Part shown: one piece after another, positions 30,523 to 40,953 of the stretch
How the letters are laid out: the number at the start of each line of letters is the position of its first letter
Position numbering within the stretch: position 1 is the first letter of the stretch
Origin: Nitrospirota bacterium
Lineage (GTDB): Bacteria > Nitrospirota > UBA9217
Assembly (NCBI GenBank): GCA_963796285.1
Contig: CAWCKW010000013.1
Span: 384,001 to 448,000, forward strand
Reading direction: 5' to 3'
DNA length: 64,000 nucleotides
Position numbers and translations under genes: made by a program
Notes under the pieces: model-generated
Seen by the model: only the letters and a program-made list of their open reading frames with translations
Told to the model about the DNA's origin: nothing
Database searches by the model: none

Positions 30523-30819
30523 CTACTGCAGCCTTGCCCTGCACTTCTTGCAGATCTTCCTGTTGATATCGGTGCCCAGGTGTTTTCCGCAGGAGGGACA
30601 GGTCCAGTTATAGAGCGTATACACTATGTACGATGCTATGACAACGGCCTGGGCCCCGAAGAGTGCACCTTTTGAATATGCTCCGAAAAGATCGGGGCGC
30701 TTATAGATCACGGCGCACAAGAGAACGCCAAAGAGTGTAGCCGCTATCGCGATGAACTGACGGCTCTGGCGAGCCCGGAACTCCTGCATGATCTGTTGAG
30801 GGTCTTTTTTTTGTGCCAT
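30523..30819 (-). CDS. Hypothetical membrane protein with C-terminal zinc ribbon
   Basis: 2 TM segments, WTCPSC...CKKC. Confidence 0.7.
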   Translation of the reverse strand: MAQKKDPQQIMQEFRARQSRQFIAIAATLFGVLLCAVIYKRPDLFGAYSKGALFGAQAVVIASYIVYTLYNWTCPSCGKHLGTDINRKICKKCRARLQ

Positions 30820-31003
30820 CGAACGTCCCCTAGTACCTCAAGTTCTTTGTCCCGACCAGGCTGGACCGGAAGGGTTTTTTAACAGGATTACGGGAAATCA
30901 AGAACTGTCGTTGCCGGGCGAAACTGATAAAAGGATGTCGCATCCCGTCGATCCTGTTGTCCGTTCAAAGATCGTTTCCCGATGCGTCCACGAACACCAC
31001 CTG

Positions 31004-31498
31004 CTAGCTAGCTTGTTGGCCGCAGCACTTCTTGAATTTCCTGCTGCTGCCGCACGGGCAGGGGTCGTTGCGGCCGGTCTTGGGGGCTGCGCGGACAACC
31101 GGCTTCGGCATGGTCTTCCCCGCGGTAAAGTACCAGATGCCCTTTTCCTTCTTGAACGTGGACAGCTCGTGGTGCTCCTGTTTGTTCCCTTTCTCGATAT
31201 AGGACGCCACAAATTCGACCTGCCCCTCGCTGTCCTCCGGTCCCCCGGCAACGGTGTTCACTATTTTGATCCCCTGCCACTCCGCGCCCTCGGCCCAGGC
31301 ACGGGTGGCTTGTTCATCATAATCCGACCGGTGCTCGGGATGCAGTGAGGTGAGGATGTATTCGATCTCTTTCTTTACAAACGCGCTGTAGCGGGAACGC
31401 ATCAGCTGTTCCGCTGTCATTGCGCTTTGCTCGTTCTTTATCAGCGGCCGGCAGCATTCCGCGTATTCACTGTTTGAACCACAGGGACAGAAGTCCAT
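31004..31498 (-). CDS. ychJ: YchJ family SEC-C motif protein
   Basis: [33 protein letters not shown]. Confidence 0.92.
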   Translation of the reverse strand: MDFCPCGSNSEYAECCRPLIKNEQSAMTAEQLMRSRYSAFVKKEIEYILTSLHPEHRSDYDEQATRAWAEGAEWQGIKIVNTVAGGPEDSEGQVEFVASYIEKGNKQEHHELSTFKKEKGIWYFTAGKTMPKPVVRAAPKTGRNDPCPCGSSRKFKKCCGQQAS

Positions 31499-31706
31499 AC
31501 ATTTCTCCTTGGATGCTCTTGCAAATGGTCTTTATCGTTCAGGGTGGATGCGTTCCAACAACCCGCCCTCCGGCGGGCGGTGAAAAATATCATACGAAAA
31601 ACAGCGATGAAGCGCAACTGGAAAAGGACGGTGACGGGAAATAAAGGACCAGCAGCGGTCAGAGGGTCCCGAATACCGTCAACGCCGCACAATTGCTAAT
31701 TTTGCA

Positions 31707-31736
31707 TTGATTATGGGCGGGTCATTGTGCTATATT
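31707..31736 (+). promoter_or_regulatory. Putative promoter of the thrC-CGS operon
   Basis: TTGATT, 18-nt spacer, extended -10 TGnTATATT. Confidence 0.55.
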
Positions 31737-31847
31737 TCCCGGTGCCTGCGAAATTGCGCCAAGAGCGCTTTTTTGCGCATCGCATCGCCTCATGGGCAGG
31801 CGTTCGAAGATTTTCGCAGTAATTCATCATACCCGAGGATAAAGCCT

Positions 31848-33194
31848 ATGTCATATCGAGCCTGGTTCCAATGCATCAACGAAAAGTGCAGCGAGCAGTA
31901 TCCGCTCAACACGGTCATCTACCGCTGCAAGGCCTGCGATTCGCTTCTGGAGGTCAGGCACGACATGCAGGCCCTTGCCCACCGCAGCGCCAAGGCGTGG
32001 ATGAAGCTCTTCGAGGACCGCTACAAGTCCACCCAGTGGCCCTATGGCTCTGGCATCTGGGGCAAGAAAGAATGGGTCCTGCCGCAGATTGCCGACGAGA
32101 ACATCGTCTCGCTCTACGAAGGAGGCTCCAACCTGTTCTGGGCAGAGCGGTTCGGCAAGATCGTCGGCGTGGACAACCTCTGGCTCAAGCTCTGCGGCAA
32201 TTCCCACAGCGGATCGTTCAAGGACCTAGGCATGACCGTGCTCGTATCTCAGGTCAAGCAGATGATCAGCGACGGCGCGCCGATCAAGGCCGTGGCCTGC
32301 GCATCGACGGGGGACACCTCGGCCGCCCTGGCAACCTATTGCGCCGCCGCGGGCATCCAGTCCATCGTGCTGTTGCCCAAGGGCAAGATCTCGATCGCCC
32401 AGCTCGTGCAGCCGATCGCCAACGGCGCGCTGGTCCTGTCGCTCGACACGGACTTCGACGGCTGCATGCAAGTGGTGCGGGAGATCACCAAGGACGAGAC
32501 CATCTACCTGGCCAATTCCATGAACTCGCTCAGGATCGAGGGGCAGAAGACCGTGGGCATCGAGATCGTCCAGCAATTCGACTGGGAGGTCCCTGACGTG
32601 ATCATCATCCCCGGCGGCAACCTGGGGAACGTCTCGGCGCTCGGCAGCGGCCTTTTGATGATGCGCGACCTCGGCCTGATCACGAAGCTGCCAAGAATAG
32701 TAGTGGCCCAGGCGGAGCGCGCCAACCCGCTTTACCGCTCGTACCTCAAAAACTTCGAGTCCTTCGAACCCATGGTGGCGCAGAAGACACTGGCCAGCGC
32801 CATCCAGATCGGCAACCCCGTCAGCATCACCAAGGCGATCCGCACGCTCAAACAGTTCGACGGCATCGTGATGGACGCCACGGAGCAAGAGCTGTCCGAC
32901 GCGGCCGCGCTGGGTGACACGACCGGCATGTTCAACTGTCCCCACACCGGCGTGGCCCTGGCGGCATTGATCAAGCTTATCAAGTCGGGCAAGATCGACA
33001 AGTCCGAGCACGTTGTGGTCATCTCCACGGCGCATGGACTCAAGTTCACTGACTTCAAGGTCAACTATCACGAGGAAAAGCTGGGGTTCCCCTGCAACTA
33101 CGCGAACAAACCGATCGAGCTGCCGGCCCGCATCGACGCGGTCAAGGATGCCCTGGAGAAGGCTTTACAGAAGAGGAGAACAATAAATGGCTAA
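31848..33194 (+). CDS. thrC: Threonine synthase, plant-like type
   Basis: [18 protein letters not shown]-Lys motif, [37 protein letters not shown]. Confidence 0.93.
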   Translation: MSYRAWFQCINEKCSEQYPLNTVIYRCKACDSLLEVRHDMQALAHRSAKAWMKLFEDRYKSTQWPYGSGIWGKKEWVLPQIADENIVSLYEGGSNLFWAERFGKIVGVDNLWLKLCGNSHSGSFKDLGMTVLVSQVKQMISDGAPIKAVACASTGDTSAALATYCAAAGIQSIVLLPKGKISIAQLVQPIANGALVLSLDTDFDGCMQVVREITKDETIYLANSMNSLRIEGQKTVGIEIVQQFDWEVPDVIIIPGGNLGNVSALGSGLLMMRDLGLITKLPRIVVAQAERANPLYRSYLKNFESFEPMVAQKTLASAIQIGNPVSITKAIRTLKQFDGIVMDATEQELSDAAALGDTTGMFNCPHTGVALAALIKLIKSGKIDKSEHVVVISTAHGLKFTDFKVNYHEEKLGFPCNYANKPIELPARIDAVKDALEKALQKRRTING

Positions 33195-34395
33195 GAAACC
33201 GACCAATCCCAAGAACTGGAACCCGGCCACACTCGGCATCCACGGCCTGGACCGCGTGCACCATGCCCACTATGCGGTCTCCACGCCGATCGTGCATACC
33301 TCCAACTACTACTTCGAGAACACGCAGGAAGTGTACGATTTCATGAAGGGCAAGAGCGAAGGCAAGCTGCTGCGCGAACACGAATACGGCCGCTACGGCA
33401 ATCCGACCCAGACCGAGTGCGAACGCAAGCTTGCGGCCATCGAGGGCGCCGAGCGAGCGGTGCTGTTCTCCAGCGGAATGTCCGCCGTGATCCTGACGCT
33501 CATGACCTTCATGCGCCGCGACGGCCACATCATCTTCACGAGCGACTGCTACCGCCAGACGCGCGACTTCGCCTCGAACCTGCTGGCGGAGTTCGGCATC
33601 CAGGTCTCGCTCGTGGACCCGACGGCCGAGGCCATCGAGAAGGCCATCAAGCCCAATACGAACATCATCTTCACGGAATCGCCCACGAACCCCTATCTGC
33701 GGTGTCTGGACCTCCCGGCGGTCGTGAAGGTCGCCAAACAGCACAAGGTCCTGACCGTCATCGATGCCACGCTGGCCACGCCCTACAATATCAAACCGCT
33801 GGACGTCGGGGTCGATGTCGTCATCCACTCGTCCACCAAGTATCACGGAGGCCATAACGACCTCCTGGCCGGCGTCGCCCTCGGCTCGGACAAGCTCATG
33901 AACGACATCTACCGCATGCAGCGCATGATCGGCGCCGTACCGGGCCCGCTCACCTGCTTCCTGCTGGAGCGCGGCCTCAAGACCTTCGGCCTGCGAATGA
34001 AACACCACAACGAGGCCGGCCTGACCGTCGCGCGCATGCTCGAGGCGCACCCGAAGGTCGAGAAGGTTTGGTACCCCGGCCTGGATTCGCACCCGGACCG
34101 CGCGATCGCGAAGGCGCAGATGAAGGGCTTCGGCAGCGTGGTCACGTTCCTGCTCCGGGGCGACGACGCGAAGACCAGGAAGTTCATCGACTCGCTCGAG
34201 CTCTTTCTGATCACGCCGAGCCTTGGCGGCAGCGAAAGCCTCGTTACCCAGATGTGGATGATGTCGTTCTTCGACTACCCCGAGGAGTACCGGAAAAAGA
34301 TCGGCATGTCGGACAACCTCGTCCGCCTCGCGCTGGGCCTGGAGGACGTGGATGATCTGCTCGCGGACCTGAAGCAGGCATTTGAAAAGGTCTAA
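33187..34395 (+). CDS. metB: Cystathionine gamma-synthase, plant-like (Cys/Met PLP family)
   Basis: [47 protein letters not shown]; 8-bp overlap with thrC. Confidence 0.8.
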   Translation: MAKKPTNPKNWNPATLGIHGLDRVHHAHYAVSTPIVHTSNYYFENTQEVYDFMKGKSEGKLLREHEYGRYGNPTQTECERKLAAIEGAERAVLFSSGMSAVILTLMTFMRRDGHIIFTSDCYRQTRDFASNLLAEFGIQVSLVDPTAEAIEKAIKPNTNIIFTESPTNPYLRCLDLPAVVKVAKQHKVLTVIDATLATPYNIKPLDVGVDVVIHSSTKYHGGHNDLLAGVALGSDKLMNDIYRMQRMIGAVPGPLTCFLLERGLKTFGLRMKHHNEAGLTVARMLEAHPKVEKVWYPGLDSHPDRAIAKAQMKGFGSVVTFLLRGDDAKTRKFIDSLELFLITPSLGGSESLVTQMWMMSFFDYPEEYRKKIGMSDNLVRLALGLEDVDDLLADLKQAFEKV

Positions 34396-34462
34396 GGCCG
34401 GTTTTCCGTAAAAGCATCCTGATTGAACCATTCGAGGACAAGTTTCCGTCGAGAAGAACGAT

Positions 34463-34495
34463 AGGCCCCGCTTCACAGCGGGGCCTTCCCATTTT
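34463..34495 (+). terminator. Terminator after thrC-metB
   Basis: aggccccgct-tcac-agcggggcct hairpin followed by a pyrimidine run. Confidence 0.7.
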
Positions 34496-34629
34496 CACCT
34501 CCTGACAAGTTCGATTATCTGAACGGGCATGGTATCCAAAACAGACAAGATCTCGGCACACGCATTCCGATACAAACTTGATTAAATTTCCCTGCGGGGG
34601 TATATTGTCCGCCACACACGCTGATTTCT

Positions 34630-36211
34630 ATGAACAATCATCTCAAGCATAAACCCTTCGACATCAAACCGACAAACCCCGGCGTCATCCCCCCCTGCCC
34701 GGTTGCCCCGAACGCGCTCATCGGCATTCCACGTCAGCAGACCAACCCCTCGTGCTGGGAGGGCGAAGGATGGCAGTCCTTTGTCTCCGACCTCGCGGCC
34801 AGGGGGATCGTCATCGACGAGCTGAGGTCCGCGCGCACACTGTACGTTACTGACGCGGGAGGTATGGCCTATGGCCTTCCGCGCGGAGTGCTGATCGCGC
34901 GCACGACCGGGATGGTGGCCGAGGTCATGGCTGCTGCGCAGAGGCATCGTGTCCCGGTGACCGTGCGCGGGGGCGGGCTCACGACCGAGGGAGAGACTGT
35001 CTCGTTCGGCGGACTGCAGCTGGACATGCGCGGCATGAGCCGGGTAATGGCGATCGACAAAGACCAGATGACGGTGCGCTGCGAAGCAGGGATCTACTGG
35101 CACTCTTTGGCGGAAGCCCTCAGGCGGCACGGACTGGATTACCTCTCGGCCCCCCTGAACATGACCGCCTCGGTCGGCGGCACGCTCGGCGTGGGCGGCA
35201 TCGACATCAACTCCCCGCGCCTTGGCTGCAGCGCGGACCAGGCCTTGGCGATCAAGATCGTCACGCCCACCGGCGAGGTCCTGGAATGTTCCGAGAAGGA
35301 GAACACCTGGTGGTTCAATCGCGTGCTGCTTGGCTACGGCCAGTTCGGAATTATTACCGAGGCCACGCTCCGCATCAGGCCCTTTACCCCGCTCTCGATG
35401 CGCTATTTCTATTACGGCGACCTGCTCACGGCCATGGAAGACCTGGTCATGCTGTGCGACGAGGATGCCGCGGACTACACCGGCATCCTGACCATGCTCG
35501 ACCGGGCAGTGAATCTGCTCGTGGCCTTTGATTCCGAAGAGCGGGAAAAGGCATTCTTCAAAAAATGGCGTTCGCGCCTCAGGGGATTCGGCGAACTGGG
35601 CTTCGCCGTCCGCACGGGCATGCATTACGCGCTCAGGCCCTGGAAGTTCCGGGAAGCGCTCTACCTTCTGGACCGGAAGCGCACCCTGCTGCCGGAGCTC
35701 CAGCCGTCCCATCATATGCAGAGCGGAAAGATCGTGGACCGGACGGTGGTATTCTCTCAGGCGGTCTGGAAATTCTGGGGCGGAAGACAGATGGTGATAC
35801 CGGACCTGGCAACGAGCCGTGAAAAATTCTTCGAAGCCATCCTGCGCGGCAACGAGGTGTGTAAAAAGTACTTTCCGCACTATACGCTCTACTGCGTCGG
35901 CATCAAGCTCATCGGGCCGCGCGAGCGCTACGAGCTCTCGTGCATCCCGCCTGACGCCGAGGGCATTGCCTACGGGTGCGAGTTCGAGCCCATGCTGGAA
36001 GGCAAGACCTACAGCCGCGATCATCTCCAGTCTTTCAAGAACGAGATCTACGACATCGGCGTGGACATGGGCACCAGCTATTACCGCTTCGGCGGCATGA
36101 TGAAAGGCTATATCCGCCGCGTCTTCGGTGACGGGCTCGTTGACAAACATCTGGCAATGAAGCGGGACAGTCGATCCTGCCATGATACTGAATCGGGACG
36201 TGATCTTTTGA
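34630..36211 (+). CDS. FAD-binding oxidoreductase, VAO/PCMH family; corrected end after a +1 indel near 36165
   Basis: VTVRGGG, SVGGTLGVGG, GYGQFGIITEA. Removing one G gives the canonical end KRTVDPAMILNRDVIF*. Confidence 0.85.
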
Positions 36212-36279
36212 TGAACCAAGAAAGACTTAAACCACAGAGGCCGCAGAGAAAAGCGGTAATGAATGACAATGAATATTGA

Positions 36280-36335
36280 CCCCTCACCCCAGCCCTCTCC
36301 CCGCAGCGGGTTTTACGAGAGATTAAGGTGAGGGG
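36280..36335. repeat. REP-like repeat (CCCTC family)
   Basis: cccctcaccccagccctctccccgc ... ggtgagggg. Confidence 0.65.
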
Positions 36336-36397
36336 TGGTTGCGTGTCAACTCACGAATATGACTCAAATCTAAGATGATAAGCTGTATCGGTTATTC

Positions 36398-37382
36398 ATG
36401 AAAAAGAAGACTCCTTACCACCAGCCGCAACCAGGCGCCACCGACCCTTCGCAGTGCAATGGCTGCGGCGTGTGCATGCTCTCCTGCCCGGTCTGGAACC
36501 AGCACCATACGAAGATGCTGACCTATTGCGGCCGGAACCGCGCCTTGATCGGCGGGGCAACGGAGGCAGACCTCGCTGCATCGGCCCGGGCATGCATCCT
36601 CTGCGGGTCCTGCGAGCCCCTCTGTCCCATGGGCATCCGCACGCAGCAGACCACGATCGCCTTGCGCCGGAGCCTTGCGGCACGCGGGCTCCTTCCGAAA
36701 CCAGATACTCGATCCGGCAAACAACGGTCCGAAACACCCGGAACGCCCCGGATCCTGCTGCCGGGAAAAAACTCAGGGAGGATGCGAAACTTGCCTCGTC
36801 CGTGCTCAAGCTTCTCGGACAACGTGTCGGCCTACTCTCCGACGATGGATACGACATTGCACTTGCGATCGAAGCAGGCCAGGCGATCGACGATGCCCGC
36901 ATCGAGGCATTCATATTACCCCTGATGAAAGCGACCGAGATCATCGTTGCTGACGGGCTTCTGTTCAACCTCCTGCGTTCCCTTCTTCCGCCATCGATCA
37001 CGGTCCTTCCCCTGGGACAGGCGTTGCTCGCGAATCCGAAGGTGCGGGCTGGCCTGAACGCTTCCGACTTTTACATGATCGAAACGCGGGCCTATAATGC
37101 CAATCGCCGGAACCTATATTGCATTCTATGACGAAGTGCGGCGCGAGACCGGCTGCTTCATGAACCTTGACCTTCAGCGTGTGGCAACACCCACGGGCGC
37201 GGCGAGCTATCAGCATCGGGAAGGACTGGAAAGCATAATCTCTATCGAAGCGCAGGTGAAGATGGCTGCTGGAAGGCCGGAATGCAGAACGCATCGTGGT
37301 AGAGCATCTTGATGACAGGGACGCCTTTGCCCAGTACACAAAGATCCCGGTCGTTCATCTGGCCGAGGTTGTGAAAACATGA
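36398..37382 (+). CDS. 2x[4Fe-4S] GlcF/GlpC-like protein; three single-base indels near 36770, 37111 and 37260
   Basis: CNGCGVCMLSCP and CILCGSCEPLCP. Repaired frame ends IPVVHLAEVVKT* with an ATGA overlap into the next gene. Confidence 0.75.
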
Positions 37383-38596
37383 CGAAACCGCGTACCACAG
37401 ACGTCATCATCGTCGGCGCAAGCCTCTCTGCCGCGGCTGCCGCAAAACGGCTTGTTGACGCGGGATACGAGACCATCGCCCTCGAGCGTTTCAGCCTGCC
37501 GCGCACGAAACCCTGCAGCGGCATCATCTCGCCGCGCGGCCACCGATTTCTGATCGAGAACTTCGGCCCCCTGCCGAAGGAAGTGCTGCATGAGCCCACG
37601 GCCTGCCGCGGAGTGACCTTTTACTTTCCCGGCGGCGTTGAACTGCCCATGGAGTTCGACGGCGGCACGACCCCGCACCTGAACCGCACCTATTCCGATT
37701 ATTGGGCGATCCAACGGAGCGGCGCCACGGTCCATGACAATATGCGCTTTCTGTCAGCTACAGATGAGGGGACGCATATCGATGTCGTCGCAAGCAACGG
37801 ACAGGAGGAATCGCACTACCGCGCGCGCTATGTGATCGGGGCCGACGGACCGAACTCCAGGGTGGTCACCACCCTGTATCCGGAATATCGCGAAAAGATC
37901 AAATGGTTCACGGTCAAGCAGCATCTGCACGAGATCATCGACTGCCCGCTGGACCCGGAATTCTTCCACTACTGGTTCCATCCCGAGCTCGGCTACTATA
38001 CCTGGAGCCATCTGCGGAACGGAAGACAGATCGTCGGTGTCGGCTACGAGGCGGATGATGATTTCGCGGTGCGCCACGACAAGGCCCTGCGTTATCTGGA
38101 GGAGCGGCACGGGGTGCGGCTGGGGCCGTGCGTCTCGCGTGAAGCGAGCGTGAACAACTTCGGGCTCTCGCTCATCAACCGCTACGTCTTCGGCCGCGGG
38201 AACATCATCGTGACCGGCCAGGCAGCAGGGTTCCTGAACATGATCGCCGAGGGCATGTCCGCAGCGCTCCATTCCGGGGCGATCGCGGGGGAGGCAACGG
38301 TGGATGCCTTCAGGCTGAACAAGCCCATCCAGGACATCTACCGGACGATGATCCAGAGCGAAGTGCGGCGCTGCTCGGACCAGTGGAACATCCTGAAGAT
38401 CCTCTTTGGCCGGCCGCACGAGGCCGACTTCATGGGCACGCTTGCCAAACGCGGTATGCGCGACAAGCTCATCGTGCTGAAGGACACGGCGAAGTTCCTC
38501 GCGCCCTGGGGAAAGTATAATTGGGGACGTCAGATGCTCTGGCAGGCGATCACGCGGCAGATAACGGGCGGATACAATCCCCGCCGATGGCTGTGA
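37379..38596 (+). CDS. Geranylgeranyl-reductase-like FAD-dependent oxidoreductase
   Basis: DVIIVGA, PRTKPCSG, VIGADG, GQAAG....AEGM. Confidence 0.85.
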   Translation: MTKPRTTDVIIVGASLSAAAAAKRLVDAGYETIALERFSLPRTKPCSGIISPRGHRFLIENFGPLPKEVLHEPTACRGVTFYFPGGVELPMEFDGGTTPHLNRTYSDYWAIQRSGATVHDNMRFLSATDEGTHIDVVASNGQEESHYRARYVIGADGPNSRVVTTLYPEYREKIKWFTVKQHLHEIIDCPLDPEFFHYWFHPELGYYTWSHLRNGRQIVGVGYEADDDFAVRHDKALRYLEERHGVRLGPCVSREASVNNFGLSLINRYVFGRGNIIVTGQAAGFLNMIAEGMSAALHSGAIAGEATVDAFRLNKPIQDIYRTMIQSEVRRCSDQWNILKILFGRPHEADFMGTLAKRGMRDKLIVLKDTAKFLAPWGKYNWGRQMLWQAITRQITGGYNPRRWL

Positions 38597-38688
38597 GAAC
38601 GATGAGCTAAGGTGCGCGGGGCGACCAGGACGGGACTGAAAAAAGATAAACGGCTAATCCCGCGTCCCTCTTGAGCGATCAGTTATGT
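38594..38688 (-). mobile_element. Integron attC site, no integrase in the window
   Basis: R'' ACATAAC contains the thioesterase stop codon; L boxes GCTCAAG/CTTAGC with an extrahelical base; R' GTTCTCA; 5-nt spacers. Confidence 0.8.
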
Positions 38689-39111
38689 GCCCTTCTTCGT
38701 AATTTTCTCTTTCATCTTTGAATTGAACTTATCTTTATTGATTATAAACCGCTCATGTCTTCCTTTTGAGATTAGATCTATGCCGTCATGTGCTTCGACT
38801 TCAAATAATAACCGTCGGCCATCAACCTCGATGAGTTTTAATTTTGCCGTCACTTCAAAGCCTGCCGGGGTTGCCGCAGTATGACTTACGTCAATATGAG
38901 TGCCGACAGTTTGTTCGCTCGGCCAATCTAGATGCGGATTTATTGCCTTTATACAAGCCCACTCAAGAAAACCTACCAAGAACCCCGTTGCAAATACTTC
39001 CGGCATCTCCTGAAATTCTGCCGACTCCGGATAGAGTGCCGGGACCATCTTTGATTCTGGAATGTAAAATTTAAACTCCGATTCAATTCCGGGTTTCAAG
39101 GTGTCTTTCAT
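38683..39111 (-). CDS. FlK-like hotdog thioesterase
   Basis: VFATGFLVGFLEWAC, TVGTHIDVSH.AATP, GRHERFII. Confidence 0.9.
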   Translation of the reverse strand: MKDTLKPGIESEFKFYIPESKMVPALYPESAEFQEMPEVFATGFLVGFLEWACIKAINPHLDWPSEQTVGTHIDVSHTAATPAGFEVTAKLKLIEVDGRRLLFEVEAHDGIDLISKGRHERFIINKDKFNSKMKEKITKKGT

Positions 39112-39452
39112 ATTATCTCCTTTTTCACCGTGTATCTAGTTGGCTCCGCGAAAAAAGTAATATCAGCGTAACCACTGTATGCTTTCCCGGAATGTCTTGT
39201 GCCCTCAGGGATATAATATCTGTCACCTTTAGTGTACGCGTGATTCTTCTCTCCAATAACTAAATCAATTTTCCCTTCGAGGACGAAACCAACTTGAGCG
39301 GCATGCGAACGTTCTGGTAAGTCTACGTCCTCTGAAAATTGCATGAATAGCATTTGGTGACTATCTGATTTGGAAAGATACGCTTTGATTCCTCTCATAG
39401 GGATATTGGCCACTGGAAGGCTTCTGATAGGTTCGGGAAATATCGCGTTAAT
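39108..39452 (-). CDS. Cupin domain protein; start codon non-canonical or mutated
   Basis: H..Q.G.VLEG...GD.Y.IP....H. Frame continues upstream of the called start through IFPEPIRSLP to an ATT at 39452. Confidence 0.7.
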   Translation of the reverse strand: MNAIFPEPIRSLPVANIPMRGIKAYLSKSDSHQMLFMQFSEDVDLPERSHAAQVGFVLEGKIDLVIGEKNHAYTKGDRYYIPEGTRHSGKAYSGYADITFFAEPTRYTVKKEII

Positions 39453-39723
39453 GATGGCCTTCTTACCCTCCTATATAATGGGGCGGTAAGTCGCTGCCTC
39501 GTAGGGGTGTCAATCTTCACTGCCTGGTTGTCTCTGCGTTTTTTGCGGAGAAGGCAGTTCAGCGACTTACCGCCGCATTCTCTCCGCAATTTCGAAGCGC
39601 GGAGAGAACCCGTTATTATCTAAACGGACGCCCACTGACTTATTAAGACAATTTAATAAAAATAGAATTATGCCAACATAGTAATTGGCGGACGAATTCT
39701 GGTAAGCCTCTTCGCGGAATTAA

Positions 39724-40182
39724 CTACACCGCAACCTTGACCACTATCTTCATGACTGACACTGACGTATTGCTGGCCAGTTTGGGTGCATGCCCGTCTT
39801 CCGGCCAGAGCACTGCCAATTGACCTGCCTGCAAATGCACGGGCGTCCAGATTCCTTTTGCCACGGTGCCAAAACAGATGTCCTTTTTCGCGTCATAGGC
39901 TTCGGTGACCGTCATTCGCGCAGCCGACGCCCAGCCGATGACCTCCTCGCCGGACACGATGAACTGTACGTCAATATACTTCCGGTGGAATTCGAACTTC
40001 GGTGCGTCGGTCATCATGGTCTCATACCGCTGGACCAGGGCAAACACCCGGTCCCCGTCGATCTCGACCCTGCCGTCAGGCAGTTGGTGAATGCCGGGTG
40101 AACGCAAAAAAGCAAAGGCCTTCTGCAGGCCGGGAGAGCATGCGATCTGCTTATCAGAGTGTTCGAGGTCCGTGACTACCAT
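39724..40182 (-). CDS. YhcH/YjgK/YiaL (DUF386) family protein
   Basis: EFHRKYIDVQ, GEE.I, YD..KDI, P.DGHAP, KIVVKV. Confidence 0.9.
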   Translation of the reverse strand: MVVTDLEHSDKQIACSPGLQKAFAFLRSPGIHQLPDGRVEIDGDRVFALVQRYETMMTDAPKFEFHRKYIDVQFIVSGEEVIGWASAARMTVTEAYDAKKDICFGTVAKGIWTPVHLQAGQLAVLWPEDGHAPKLASNTSVSVMKIVVKVAV

Positions 40183-40398
40183 GCTGAACTCCTAACAAGA
40201 GAGAACTTAAAAAAGACAAGTCAAAGAAGCTGACTTTTCCCGTCCACGTTGAAATAAATTCTACACGTTCGTAAGTGCGACGGAAGGGTTTTACATATGG
40301 CGGGACGCAAGGGCATTCAAAGCAATGAGCGGATCGCAGGCTACCAGCGCACACTGAACGGGATTGCTGGCGAGGTTGGCTCCAACCCCTGCGGTTGC

Positions 40399-40953
40399 TC
40401 ATTTCTTCTTAACAGGCGCTTTATCTTCCCTGCGCAAAATTAGGCCGATGTATTTGTTGATCGGGTTAGAACGGTCGAGGAACGGCACGACGGCTTTTTT
40501 CCTCATGCCTAGTGCGCGTAATTCATTCAGAATATCGCGGTGGCCACTGTTATATTTCAGTCCTTTTTTAAAGGCGTCCAGCGCGTCATCTTTTTTCCCC
40601 GCCGCAACGTAAGCCCTGCCGAGATTGAGATAAAATCCCGGGTAGAGCATCTCCTCACCGAACGACGACTCCCGTTGTATCAGGACCAGGGCCTTCTTGC
40701 ATTTTTCAACACCGGCTCGGTACTTTCTGTCCACCAAGGCCTGAAGACAACCGTAATAGGAGAGGATAAAAGGGTCGTCGGGATACTGCAGAGCGGCCTG
40801 CTGCAGTAGACCGAAAGCCTCCTTCTGATTCCCCTGCCGGAGACTGACCTTTACTGCCCGCAGATAATCACCTGGCTTTACGATTTCAGGAGATGCGTTC
40901 ATCACGGGGTCGCTTGCGTTCACTGATTTTTTTGTATCGTCCTGTTCACTCAT
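40399..40953 (-). CDS. TPR protein
   Basis: YLNLGRAY..AG....A...F..GL. Confidence 0.8.
   Translation of the reverse strand: MSEQDDTKKSVNASDPVMNASPEIVKPGDYLRAVKVSLRQGNQKEAFGLLQQAALQYPDDPFILSYYGCLQALVDRKYRAGVEKCKKALVLIQRESSFGEEMLYPGFYLNLGRAYVAAGKKDDALDAFKKGLKYNSGHRDILNELRALGMRKKAVVPFLDRSNPINKYIGLILRREDKAPVKKK

Noticed and set aside
30850-30880. SRP RNA-like GGACCGGAAGG
   Set aside because: It lacks the following AAGCAGC and the long enclosing helix.
34630-36211. True cytokinin dehydrogenase
   Set aside because: It shares only FAD-domain motifs and lacks the GHS covalent-FAD histidine.
40270-40325. c-di-GMP-I riboswitch-like GGGACGCAA
   Set aside because: The GGCAAAC/GAAA P2 elements are absent and the orientation is opposite to the nearby genes.
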